Positions 12,811 to 25,935 of a stretch of DNA of 64,000 nt are shown here, one piece after another. The notes below the pieces were generated by a model, which was given only the letters and a program-made list of their open reading frames with translations, was not told where the DNA came from and made no database searches. Both the position numbers and the translations under genes were made by a program. Origin of the DNA: Octopus bimaculoides (taxonomy: Eukaryota); assembly GCF_001194135.2 (NCBI RefSeq), contig NC_068987.1, forward strand, positions 74,717,740 through 74,781,739. The letters run 5' to 3'. The stretch's first letter is position 1. Each line of letters starts with the position of its first letter.

Positions 12811-13773
12811 TTTTTAAGTCACTGAACAGCAACCTGAGACACTACCTTCAAAGTTTTAGGCAACCATATCACTCCCTTTACTTATTTCAATTTGATATTT
12901 ATTTTACCAATCAATATTTGTGAAATCATTCAATTATAAAGTTATGGGACATAAAAAGACACATCGTTAACACTAAATTTTACGTCAGTTTTAAATATAC
13001 ACACAATTGCACCCACACGTACAGGCACAAATACCAGCTCATTTGAAGATTACGGCAGAAAACACCTGGCCGTAATCCCATGCTATAGTATCAAATGTAG
13101 AACTTTCATGGTTGCAAAACAAAGACCTCCTAAACAACTATGCCCTTGTCTATTTTCTTGTTGCTATTATTAACAATAGTATTCCACCTGAAGAGACAGG
13201 TACTGCCTGTGCATTCTTTAGGGAGTTAGTAGAGCGTGACTGCCTGGGAGCAATATGGGTATCAATGAGGACAGTTTCATGTTCCCTGAAGAACTTTCAA
13301 GTTGGAAATTACAAACAATTTCTAAAAGTCCTTGGCCTGGCTGTGCTACACAGTGAGCACTGTCTGTTTGTTCTACAGAAACAGAAGTGCCAGCAACTGG
13401 ACCTATCTGAAATGCTTGAAGGGCAACAAAACATTCTGCACACTCTTATTCAATGACACTGTATTGTTAATTCGTTATGAGGTGGAACACAGACCCAACT
13501 GTCAGCAGAATCTCTGGTGAAAATTGCCTGACTCCTTTCCTCTGGCAAGGAAAAGGGACAGTCTTCTTTTGCCTGGTGCTGTGGTGAAAGAAATTACCTT
13601 AATGGATATTGTTGAAAGATTTGAGGACAGATTTGTTTTACCTTTTAGACCAGACCTTCACATACTAGGCAAGGTTAAAGAAGAAGGTACTTCCCTTTAA
13701 TAAATTTTATGAAAGGTTGGAGAGATTTGCAAAATTGGTGTGCCTAATTGGGTTTATTTAATAGTGTTACTGT

Positions 13774-14324
13774 GTGGAGGTGCGTGGCTTAGTGGTTAGG
13801 GTGTCAGCATCATGATTGTAAGATTGTGGTTTTGATTCCTGGACCGGGCGACGCATTGTGTTCTTGAGCAAAACACTTCATTTCACGTTGCTCCAGTTCA
13901 CTCAGCTGGCAAAAATGAGAAATGCTGCGATGGACTGGCGTCCCATCTAGCTGAGGAACACATACGCCATTGAAACCGGGAAACCGGGTCCATGGCTAGG
14001 CTTTTAAAGGGCGCAATGGCCCAGTGGTTAGAGCAGCAGACTCGTGGTTGGAGGATCGCGGTTTCGATTCCCAGACCGGGCGTTGTGTGTGTTTATTGAG
14101 CGAAAACACCGAAAGCTCCATGAAGCTCTGGCAGGGGGTGGTGGTGACGACCCCTGTTGTACTCTTTCGACCCAACTTTCTCTCATTCTTTCTTCCTGTT
14201 TCTTGAGTAACGCTGCGATGGACTGGCATCCCGTCCAGCTGGGGGGAACACATACGCCATAGAAACTGGGAAACCAGGCCCATGAGCCTGGCTAGGCTTG
14301 AAAAGGGCGCATAAATATAAAAAA
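13774..14324 (+). mobile_element. Dimeric tRNA-headed SINE (family E) within one 15-bp TSD
   Basis: Two units, each with A-box/B-box-like heads and the same 3' module (gctgcgatggactggc..acatacgcca..ggctaggctt..aaagggcgca). TSD TAATAGTGTTACTGT at 13759-13773 and 14325-14339. Confidence 0.85.
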
Positions 14325-14879
14325 TAATAGTGTTACTGTAGTTTGGTGACAAGAACTGAGAGAAGGCACTTGGCTTTTGGTGTGTTAGGTGTAATCCATG
14401 GTTGGGTGATGGGAGCTGAGCTACCCTGTATGCTCTCCCCATTGAGTTCAGGAATTTTTTATTGTTATTGTTCTATGTTCTTATTATTACTATTTATTGC
14501 TAGTAATGTATCATCATCGTTAATATTGATTATTTTCCCTTTTGCGCAATGTAAATCACCTACTATTTATTGTTTATTCAATCCTTTTGTATTTCATCTT
14601 TGTACTGTCCCCAATATCTTGGGGTCCTTGTCACTCATAAAGAAATAATTATAATTACTGTTACTAAAATGGTAAACTGACTGAATCATCGGAACGGTAG
14701 AATAAATGTTTTGCTGTATTTGTTCCAACTCAACATTTTGTATTCAAATTCTGCCACAGTCAGCCTTCATCTTTTTAAGGGTTGATAAATTAAGTGCTGG
14801 GATCAATGGTATTGACTACCTCACCCCTCTCATCAAAATTGACTTGTGCCTAAATTACGGAAAATTATTGTTATTAGTA

Positions 14880-15065
14880 CTGGTGCCTCATAAAAAGCTC
14901 CCAATACACTCTGTAAAGTGGTTGGCAACAGAAAGGGCATCCAGCAATAGAAGCCATACCAAAATAAACAAATTGGAGCCTGGTGCAGTGCTCCAGCTGG
15001 CCAGCTCCTGTCAAACTGTCCAACCCATGCCAGCATAGAAAACAGACATTAAATTATGATGATGA
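14880..15065 (+). mobile_element. SINE family D, (GAT)n-tailed
   Basis: gtggttggcaacagaaagggcatccagc..tccaacccatgccagcatagaaaacagacattaaa followed by (TGA)n. Confidence 0.7.
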
Positions 15066-15665
15066 TTAAATTCAGCAATTAAAACTCTTTACTAACAAGT
15101 AATATTTAAAAAGTTTTTGAGACTATGTTTTATAGTTGAGAAACGTGATGTTAATGGTGTCGGTGTTGGTGGTTGTATTTGTACCAGCTTGGTTGACAGG
15201 TGGTAGTAGTAGGCACTGGGTGGTAGTGATGTTCAGAAGGGTGGTAGCTAGATGGTAGCGGTTGTGGGTGACAGCAGCAGTTTTTTTAATGAACTTGGTA
15301 CGTCTTACTTAATTTGTTTCAGTAGGGTTGGTCTTCACCAAAACCACATTTTCTTGTTCTTTTTTCTGTATGTGTGTATGCATATTTGTAAAATGTGTGT
15401 GTCTCTACAAATTGTACTGTATCCCATAAGTAAGGAAGCATTGAACATACTAATTAGCAAATTACTGTTTAAATTTGACTTTTATCTTTTTTCTTTTTTT
15501 ATGCTTCTGTGGGCTCGCCCGCAGAAGCAATGGAGTGCAAGACTAATTACTTGCAGCATTTAGTTACAGGCTTTTTTCACATTTTGAGTTCAATTTCCAT
15601 TGAGATAACTTTTTTTTTTTTTATCTTTCTTACTTTCAGGAGTTGTTATCAAAAGACACCCTTAA

Positions 15666-15990
15666 CCCTTTAACATTCAGATTACTATATCATTGTTTAG
15701 AATTTATTACTCTTTTACACGTTTCAGTCATTTGACTGTCGCCATGCTGGAGCACAGCTTTATAAGGTTTTGGGCGAAGAAATTGACTCCAGGACATATT
15801 CTTTGTAAGTCTAGTACTTATTCTATTATTCTCTTTTGCCAAACAGCTAAGTTAAAGGGACATAAGCATCAGTTGTCAGGCATAAAAAAGACTTTATATG
15901 GTAGGTGTAAGAAACCAGATCTTGCTAGTTTGAACATAAAGTAACATAGAATATTTTGGTTGGATATGGCCAGTTTAAATGCTGAAAGGT
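15666..15990. mobile_element. TTAA-flanked CCC-start MITE (piggyBac-like) carrying a nested family A 3' fragment (~15710-15890, minus)
   Basis: TTAA|CCCTTTAACATTCAGATTACT...GGCCAGTTTAAATGCTGAAAGGT|TTAA; same family as the copies at 36284 and 41268. Confidence 0.65.
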
Positions 15991-16492
15991 TTAAAATGTT
16001 AGACTCATTTAAACACTCTAAGTATGAAGCCTTGTAGCCAAAAATCAAAAGCCTGGTAGGAGAAAGAAAGGAACACAGCACATATCTTTTGCAGGACTCT
16101 GCTAGTGAGGCTTTACAGCCAGATTTGACCTTTGCAGATTGTTTTTTTATAGGGAAAAACATAGTACTAAAATTGGAGTTTCAGATGCTTACAGTTCTGG
16201 GGGCAAAGAGGATTTATTCATATTTTATTTTATGTAGTAACAGATGAAGGTGAACAGTAGCATCACTGCTTTACTGGATTTCTGTAAGATGGATGAGGGG
16301 GTGTCTGTACTGACAGGCAAATCAAATATATAAAAGGACTTAAAACAAATTTTTGATTTCTTCACTAAGGTTCATTCATAAATTCTGTTGATATAGACAT
16401 TGGCAAAAATTACATAAACATGCATATACATACATACATACATGTATTTATGTGTGTATGTATGTGTGTATATATAAAGACGTGAAAAGACA

Positions 16493-16780
16493 TTGGAGCG
16501 AGATCATTGCCCGTGCAGGTGGCATGTAAAACACACCATTTCGAGCGTGGCCGTCGCCAGTTCCGCCTGACTGGCCCTCGTGCCGGTGGCACGTAAAACA
16601 CCCACTACACTCTCGGAGTGGTTGGCGTTAGGAAGGGCAACCAACTGTAGAAACTCTGCCAAATCAGATTGGAGCCTGGTGTAGCCATCTGGTTTCACCA
16701 GTCCTCAGTCAAATCGTCCAACCCATGCTAGCATTGAAAGCGGACGTTAAACCATGATGATGATGATGATGATGATGATA
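16493..16780 (+). mobile_element. SINE family D, young copy with (GAT)n tail (RTE-LINE-type 3' end)
   Basis: CpGs intact; ggagtggttggcgttaggaagggc..aacccatgctagcattgaaagcggacgttaaacc followed by (ATG)n. Related copies at 14880, 23475, 29575, 46225 and 49830. Confidence 0.8.
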
Positions 16781-18144
16781 TAATTTGAAGGGCAATTAGT
16801 ATCGCTAATTAACCAATATCAAAGAAAAAACTCACAAAAACTTATTTATCAAATAGTTTTGTTGCAGACTGCAATAAATTAAAAGCATTGACACTTGCAA
16901 AAAGAAAAAAACCTCACAAAAGTACAAGAGACATTCACAGATAATATTATTAGACTGACACTCTCGGAAGGTACAAAACTTTTAAAGTTTTGGATATAAT
17001 CCTTCTTTAGACACTAGGGGAAAGTCTAGGAGAAATAAGAAGAAAAGAAAGAAAATAGAAAAAAAGAAGAAAACCAAGCAAAATGCCTGTGGATTAGTTT
17101 CACATGTTTGACATATATACGATTGACTTCACTTTCCATGCGTATGACTTTAGTTGCTTAGGGCTATAGTAGAAGACACCTGCCCAAGTTTGCCATGACA
17201 GGTTCCACAGAATCTTAATCTATCAAGTTCCACTCAACAAAGTATTGGTTCATCCTCGTATATGATTGATAACATTTGCTACAGTTTCCCTTCAGCAGGA
17301 TTAAATCTGCCAAAACAAATGGTTGCTGGGCAAATTTCTTTACCACATAGACATCCCTAGAAAGTGTTTAGTATGATGGTGGGGACATGCAGAGATTGTA
17401 ACAGGACAAGAGTAAGAATGTGTGTCTTCCTTATAGGACTTGTTTGTTTGTTCTAATAAGAGACTTTAATGAGCTGACTGTTGACATAGAAAGCTATTGC
17501 ATGTGTTGTTTATATTAAACTGAGTGGGAAGGAGTAAAGTGGTTGAAACAACAGAATGTGGGGATAAAAATTCTTTATGGTATTCAGTTACATCCTTGTT
17601 CAAATCCCACTTCGGTTGTTGATAAAATATGTATCAGTCACACATACTGGGGTCAATTCAATTGCTTAGGCCCCTGCTCTGTATGTACATTTGTGAGCTT
17701 GTTCCTGTATGAGAAATAGATATTAGGAATTTAATATGTCTTTACATAAGTATATCTCAGTGTGTCAGTGTGTGAATGTTTTTTGTCTTCTTTATATCGT
17801 TATATATAATGTGTGTGTGTGTAAAAAATGCATGTACATATGTATATGTGTGTATTGTATGTTTGCATGCATGTGTATATATATATGGATGTATGTTCAC
17901 ATGTGCATATATGTGTGTATTGTATGTATGTATGTATATATATATATTATTTTCAAAATTGGCATGTATCTAAACAAATAGTGAAATTAAAAATAATCTT
18001 AAGTGAAAAATGAGTATGGTGGTATGTGTGTGTGTGTGTTAGGGCAGTAGAGAGGGGTTGTTTTGCTCAAGAAATGACATACAGTGTAATGACCTCAGTC
18101 ACTTTGATACACTTCTGTAAGAAAGTTAAAAAGTTTTATATGTA

Positions 18145-18627
18145 AAGCAAGTTGGCAGAACCATTAGCACATTGGGCAAAATGCTAAGCAGCATTTCCTT
18201 CAGCTCTACATTCTGAGTTCCAATTCCACCAAGGTCAACTATACCTATCATCCTTTGGGATCAATAAAATAACTACCAGTCAAGTACTGGGGTCCATGTA
18301 ATCAACATACTCTCCTCCCTGCTCTCAAAATTGCTTGCCTCATGCTAAAATCTAAAAGACAGAATCATTAGTGCATTGGACAAAAGGCCTAGCAATATTT
18401 CTCATGACTCGTTATTAAGAGGCAGTGAGCTGGTAGAACCATTAACACACCAGGTAAAATGCTTAGTGGCATTTCATTCATCTTTACATTCTGTGTTCAA
18501 ATTCCATTGAGGTTAACTTCGCCTGTCATCCTTTCAGGATCAATAAAAAAAAGAAACACCATTGAATATTGAGGTTGATGTAATCAACTTACTACTCTGA
18601 AATTGTTGGCCTTGTGCCAATATTTGA

Positions 18628-18660
<33 letters not shown>
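18145..18660 (+). mobile_element. Two tandem old SINE family B copies; the second ends in (AAT)n
   Basis: Copies at ~18145-18350 and ~18418-18660, each with gttcaaattcca..aggt(c/t)aact..tcatccttt..gatcaataaaa. Confidence 0.75.
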
Positions 18661-18709
<49 letters not shown>

Positions 18710-19186
18710 GAGTGAGAGAGCAGTGCATTCCATCAAATCTACAAAGCCCAGTATACCCATCATGACTACCTGTCTGATAAGGGTACACTAGGCACATGCA
18801 TCACATGCATGACATAGTGCTCTCATATCAAGATAAACAGCACATGACCTCACAGGTGGGGCCGAGTTAGAATCTTCTTCAGATCGAGTAGCCCATCCTA
18901 CTCAAAAGGTCCCTGAATAAGGTTTTGTTTAAGAATGGTGAACAAAACACCCATGTTTCCAGAGGTGAATTATTCAAACCCCAAAGAATTCCTCTCAACA
19001 CATGGCCTTGATGCTCCCCCACTACTTCTACTCGTGATCAGAGATGCACATATCGTTTGACCTTAACTGGTAAAGGTCAAACAACAGACAAGCAAATCTG
19101 TGGTATTGAGCAGAATATTTGCTGTAGCCCATCTTTTATACCAAGACAAAACAATGTACATGATAATGCTGCCAATCAGTTAAGAT
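18710..19186 (-). mobile_element. Element C (~600-bp (AAT)n-tailed retroposon), 5'-truncated copy
   Basis: Collinear with 51975-52576; the tail is (ATT)16 at 18662-18709 on the + strand; the other side is flanked by (ATT)n. Confidence 0.8.
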
Positions 19187-22100
19187 TATTATTATTATTA
19201 TTATTATTAGAATCTAAGGTCAACATTATCATCATCATCCTCATCAATGTCAAGGCAGCAAATTTGACAGACTAACAAATAAGATGCTTTGCAGTGTCTA
19301 CTTAGTTCGCTTTACATTTTGAGTTCTAATCTCACTGGGGACAACTTTGCCTTTCATCCTTCTGGGGTTAATGAAATAAACTATCTGATTTAATCTCTCC
19401 CTACTGTCCCAATTTCATGGCCTTGCATCTCATTTTATTAGTTGCTTAGCAATCCTAGGTCAACACTGATTGGATTGACCCTGTGGTCAAAGGCAATTCA
19501 ACCATGGCTATCCAGTCATTTTTTTTTTTCTTTTTTCGGAAGGTACAGTCTGAATTGAGGGAGATTTTGCTGCTATTTCTAACAGATACATAAAGATTCA
19601 CCTCATTGGCAAGTAGTGGTTGTAGTGGTAACAGCAACAGCAACCTTGGTATACAGACTATATTATTGCTGTGTAGCTTAGTTTAGTTACCTTAATTTAG
19701 TACATCTGGTGGTTTTCAGTGTCTGCTCATCTCACCTCCACACTCCCTACTCAAGCTATCCAATGGATTATCACCCCCACCACTACCATCACCACTTGCA
19801 GCAAAGGGAAGAAAGGAGCCTTTCCATAGTCTGACTTATTTGAAATAACAACCCAAAACCCACTCCACTCACACTACACCATCTTAAGAGACAAAAAGGA
19901 CACATAATGAAGTCCTACATAATCTTATAAAATAAACAGTATGGTTACAGCAGGAATGCCTTTTGAATAGGGCTGGTTTGGGGGCTCAACAACAAAGAAA
20001 TAAACCTCTATGCACTTGCTGGCCCTGCAAGAAATAGCAGTCAAATCTTCCTTAAATCATACACTAATGTTGAATAATTTTCTATTAAATGCATGGTCCT
20101 GGAAAGAAAGACAGGATAGATAGTTAGGAATGTAACACTTTTGATCATAAGTCTGCTCAATCAGACCTACCCTGGGGTTAAACAACACATACAATAATGT
20201 ATATGTAAAAATGCATGTATATATGTATAGTTTTGTCATATTCACTCCCCCCACCTCATTCAGTTTCTTTTAATTATGTTCTTTTCTTTTCACCTGTTGC
20301 TAGCTGTTGGACAAAGTAGTATGTTGGATATTCTCCTCGTGTTTGGTGATGGTTTCTTAACATGTGTGTTTGCTTGTATGTTGATGGTTGTAGTTGTATA
20401 GTTATAATTATGTGTGTGTTGTGAATTACATCAAGTAAGGAGAATTTTTACATACTTTTCTCTCTCTTTCTCAGTATTGCTCTTACATAAATTGGTCCAG
20501 TTCTACCTAAGTTGAAAGTAGTTTTATATGTGCCAGAGGATAGAAAATAAAGACCTAATGGCAACTGTGACGATCAAAGAGAAGGGGAGATAAATTATCA
20601 AAACTCTGCAATTCATCAGATAATTACATATTTGGTGGGACATGTTTCAATCCATTAGGCCTCATCATCATAGTTTCCTTGAACTGTTGACAAAAATTTC
20701 TACATACAGGAAAAGAGTTATGCATAATTTATTGTATGATTGCTTGAATAACAGAATCTCATATTTTACAGAGGTGCATGTGGTATCATTATTGTTGTTA
20801 TTAATACTCTGTCTTCCTGCAGTAATATGAATTTCATGTCTTTGTCACATTCTGGGAGGGAGTTGTCAACTCCGATCAAATAGAACTGTAATGAAAGGCA
20901 TCTCAACTATGATTGTATCATTTTTTTTCATGGAATCTTGACACTACATGTTTCAATTTGTTTTAACTGTGCTAAGGCTGTGGGGTTGTGAGTTAAGGAG
21001 ATCATGTTACTATTTCTAGCAGGTGGTGTAACCATATAGAGACGTAGACTCCCCCATTGGTTTGCTCATTGACTTGAAATCTTAAAACAACTATGGTAAT
21101 TGACACTCACATACACACACACACACACATTAAGGTATGATTGAGCCCCTTCATTCCAGCTATTCTTTAGTCTCTCTCTCTCTCTCTGCCTATCTATTCT
21201 ACCTCTACCATCAGGTGTTTTATAATATCAACTTGTAGTTGTTGTTATAGCCTAGTTGTCATATACTTCACTTCACATAACATATCCAGACTGTGACATT
21301 ACTCTGCACAAGCACAACATATCCAACCCATCACTCTATAGTTAACACATGTCCAGATTATTGTGTTTGACTAACTTGCTATATACCATAAGTCTGATTC
21401 AGCAAGGCTAACTGGGATCATGCAACACAATCAGAGTTCCACACTGGATCCTTTATGTCTACATACTGCACTCATATAAAATCAAGTGTTACAAATGTTT
21501 AAACAGTCAAAGGCAGCCTCAGATCAAACTGAGTGATGGTACATCATATATAGTTACACCTACATATTCTGAACAAGCATGGTATATGAACTCTGAGGAA
21601 GTTGAAATTCTCATATATTGGATTTATTTTCCTGCCAGAGGTCTCCTGGACTGACCACAATTATGAAATCTACCACTGAACAATAATAATGTCATGACCA
21701 GCTAAAACCAACATATGCTGGTTGACTTTGATATTTTGCACTGCTTGCTATGATCTTCTTGCAGGACACCAAACTGTGCTCACAATTACTCAGTAGGCTC
21801 AGTGTCTATTGTATGGACATGTAATGATTTTACATCTCTTCTTCCATGTCTCACCATTCACCAATTTTTGAGGATTATTGTCATCTCCATTGTGAGGTCC
21901 TCTCCATTCTTAAGTTACTAAGCTTTCAGAAGACACCTCCTCCACTGCTAATTAGATCACCTGGATATCAGAAGCTAACTACTCCTTCTAAGGAGCTCTC
22001 TAAGCATATATATATATACATACATACATACATACATGCATGCATGCATCCATGCATGCACACACACATGTATACTCATGCATGCACAGATATATGTGTT

Positions 22101-24184
22101 GTCATTATGAACAATTGTAGATTATTCATACACTCCTTGTGTAAAGAGCAATGGTGACCTAATCTACAATATTGTATAACCACTTTAGGTGGTTATACAT
22201 TTGTTTAGAGGTTCCTAGAGTGACAAGCTTGTGGCTCTGATTGTAGTTTGAATTAATATGCTATAGTCAACTCTTGATTGCTTGAAGATCTAATTCACCT
22301 TTCAAGAGCATTGGTGACATTTTGTCTGCTGTTACTGTTGTTTAGTTCCACTTCTGTACTAATTGAGTTGACACATAACCATTCCAGTTATGACCATCTC
22401 ATTTTCCTTCTATATATCTAAAATTACATTTTCCAATGTGTCCAGCCTTTCTGTTTTGAAGATGGTAGAGTATGATTTTAGGAATATTTGACCACTAATT
22501 CTTGCAGGTTGCATTAACAGATAAATCATTTTTTGTTACTGTTGTTGCCGTTGTTTTGCAGCTTGGGTTATTATACCTCAGTTACCTTGGCTGGTTTAAG
22601 GAGTCTCACCTCGATGAAACACATATAACCAAAGGTCTTCTTATTGTGACTATCCTGCCTTTTTTTTAAAGCATAATGTCTTGACCTACATTACATAAAG
22701 ACTCCTAGAAGTTTGTTTCCATTTAATCTGATTGTGTTGGCTTTATGACCAGACATCATAACTGTGACCATTCCATTTTCTCACATATAACTACAGTTAT
22801 ACTATTTAATATGGAGGTGAAATTTCAAAAATCTTGCCTGCTACTACTAGCAAGCTAAGTGACTGCGTGGAGACTCCTTTAGTGGTGAGAAATATCATAC
22901 TGAACATGGATGTTATTTGCTTAATGTGGAAAAGATGGAGTAGAGAGATGGATAAGGAGCAGAGTTGGTGTCAGCTAAGACAATACTGCTTTCTGACACT
23001 GGCTCAAAGTTACACAATAAAAAAGAGAAGGTGGGTGGTATACCTGTATGTATATGTGTATGCCCCTTTGTTTCTACATTGCATGATGGTTGTAAATGAG
23101 TATCACTGTCATATATGTAATGTCCTTCATTTCCAGTCTTCTGTGTAAACATATCTGGCCATTGGAAATATTACTTTGCTTAGAATCAGCCCAGGGTTGG
23201 CAACAGAAAGGGCATGCAGCAATAGAAAATGGTACAATGGGTCAATAAAACAACAATGATGATGATATAGTTTTAATAAATCACTCACTACTCTCCTTAA
23301 CTCACCATCAGACTAGTATTTTGACTAATTTACAGTGTTTATTAAGGTAAACATAATAGTTTTTAGTTAATGGCTGTATGGTTTATTTGGACATTTCTAT
23401 GTATTTCAGTCTACAAGTGTTCAGACCAGCATGAACACAAACACAAGCACAATAAATATGTATATATATCTACATATCATCGTCATCATTTAATGTTCAT
23501 TGCCCATGCTGGCATGGGTTGGACTGTTTGACCAGGGTTGGTAAGCTGAGGGGCTGCACCAGACTCCATTCTGATTTGGCATGGTTTCTCAGCTATATAT
23601 GTATATTATGCATACATAGTGGAAATATGGCACAAGGAGACAACAGTGGTTTTTATGGAAAAACAAGAGAAAAAGCACAACAGATGTAGACAAGCCCAAC
23701 TCCCTCATCGGTTCCCAATCAAATATCCTCACAATTTTGACACCTTCCAACACATATATGGAGGCTCTTCTGTACAGTTCTTGTGAACCAAATTCCACTT
23801 CAAATGACCCAAAGCAATGGCAGAAAATATTTACCCCAAAGGTACTTCTCAGTGGAATCAAACCTGGAGTCACATTGTTGTGAAACAAATTTCTTTACCA
23901 CATGCCTGCAACTGTGAGAAAGATAAAAAATTGCAGAGGAGGTGTGTTATAACCAGTGATGGTGGTGGCAGCAACAATGACGATGATGACAGAGGTGGAA
24001 GTGAAGGAGGATTTGTTAGGTGAATGTCTTGATCATAGTAGTAGTAGTGGCAATGGTGTTGGTGGTGTATGCTGTATTAACAATGTTTGCTTCCTCTCAG
24101 TAAGCTTCCAGCCACATTCCCCTCTCTCACACACTCAGCCACACAGGGCTCACTCTCACTCCCTTTCTTTCTCTCTCTCTCTCT

Positions 24185-24228
<44 letters not shown>

Positions 24229-24453
24229 TTAGTCATAGTGAAATGAGAAAACTTCAAAACAAAATCAAAAATATCTATAAAATTTACAAAAATTCTTTAT
24301 TTCATCCAAGTTTTATTGTTTTATTTCTCTTAGCAGCTTTGTTTATTCCAACTGTATATACATATGATACACACACACACTCATACACACACACACACAT
24401 GTACGCTCACACATATACGCTCACACATATAATGTTACACATACATACAGAGC

Positions 24454-24462
24454 TGGGTGGTC
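24454..24462 (-). promoter_or_regulatory. Perfect GLI/Ci consensus site (GACCACCCA on the minus strand)
   Basis: TGGGTGGTC on the + strand, in sequence outside the recognised repeat families; function untested. Confidence 0.35.
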
Positions 24463-25427
24463 TGTTTTCTGGTTGTGGGTGGAAGCTACCTTCCTTCACA
24501 CTACCCTCACCCCTTTGCTTGGGTGCACTCTCCCAGCATTTTCTCTACTCTACCCAACTCCCACCCCTGCTCCCACTTTTCTTCTACACTGACACACACA
24601 TATACACACCCTCTCTCTCTCTCTTCTACATTGTACTCACCCCACCCCTATTGCATCCACTACTTCCACTTCCTCCCTCTACCATTACCACTATCACTAC
24701 TGCTGCCATTTCTCCTCATTTCTGTTTTCTTCTACATACCAGCTCTCCCCCTTCCCCTACTTCTTCATCCCTCATCCTCATACTCTGTCTTCCTTCAGCT
24801 GCATCCCCACCCTAATCAATAACACCACTCCACTTTAAGTTTATCCTACCCCTACCTCCAAACATTCTAGTTTTTTTTCTTTTTCTTTCTCTCTCTCTCA
24901 CTCTGTCTCTCTCTATTTTCTTTCCCACTTTCTCCCTTAACTCTATTTACTCAGAATAGCAAGTGATGGTGACGGCGGCAACGTGGTGAAAGCACCAGTG
25001 GAGTATCTGATCATGTGTGTGGTGTCACTCTAGTAATGTTTGAAACTGGGTAGAAACTGATGATAGAAGAGAGAGCTATGAATGATGGTGGTGGTTATGG
25101 TGATGGCAGCTATGACTTTTTTTTCTTAGAACAAGACTCAAAAGTGTGAATGGAACCAGCTAGTCCTACACTCTTAGCTTAAAAGGTTATATTATCTGTT
25201 CTCTCTCTCTCTCTCTCTCTCTAAACTGTATATATATATATATATAATTTGTGTTGGTTTGGGTTTGAACTCAACAGAGATAGGTCATAGTTTCAGTTCC
25301 TTGAGCATCTGCTGAAAATATGCAGTATTCATTCTGGCCCCTTTTGCAAGTTCAAATCACACTGCGATCAACTTTATCTTTCATACTTCTATAGTTGATA
25401 AATTACCTGTGGACTGTTGGAATGCAA

Positions 25428-25469
<42 letters not shown>

Positions 25470-25599
25470 TCAGTTACAGGTTAAAATAGCTTCATTAAGG
25501 TATAGTAATATCCAATGAATTACTGGTTCATTACCTAATATTTTTATGAATAATAATATTCATAAAATAATAGGTCTAAATATATATATATTTATATTC

Positions 25600-25935
25600 A
25601 ATAGGCTTCCATACAGTTTCTTATTTCTTTATTGCCCACAAGGGGCCAAACACAGAGGGGACAAACAAGGACAGACAAAGGGATTAAGTCGATTACATCA
25701 ACACCAGTGCGTAACTGGTACTTAATTTATCGACCCCGAAAGAATGAAAGGCAAAGTTGACCTCAGCGGAATTTGAACTAATACCGCTAAGCATTTCGCC
25801 TGGCATGCTAACGTTTCTGCCAGCTTACCGCCTTCTTCCATACAGTTTCTATCTACCAAATTCACTCACAAGGCATTGGTTGGGCACAGGACACTTGCAT
25901 TAGAAAATACTTGCCCAAGATGTTGTTCAGTGGGG
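25600..25935 (-). mobile_element. SINE family A fragment interrupted by a family B insertion
   Basis: aataggcttccatacagtttct [insert] atctaccaaattcactcacaaggcattggttggg..acttgcccaag. Confidence 0.75.
25622..25834 (-). mobile_element. SINE family B, near full length, with 16-bp TSD
   Basis: TSD CTTCCATACAGTTTCT at 25606-25621 and 25835-25850; collinear with 38502-38726. Confidence 0.9.

Noticed and set aside
13140-13620. Possible L1/Tx1-type LINE 3' fossil (AIWVSMR and EHCLF-like fragments)
   Set aside because: Motifs are too decayed to assign by eye; this needs a translated search.
21260-21920. Possible CR1/L2 3' fossil on the minus strand
   Set aside because: Only a weak SPVW-like hint; not enough to annotate.
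24087-24815. 242-aa ORF, and similar ORFs at 35300-35638, 44139-44490 and 44571-44966
   Set aside because: These are translations of (CT)n, (CA)n, (TG)n and (ACC)n low-complexity DNA, with no domain motifs or splice support.
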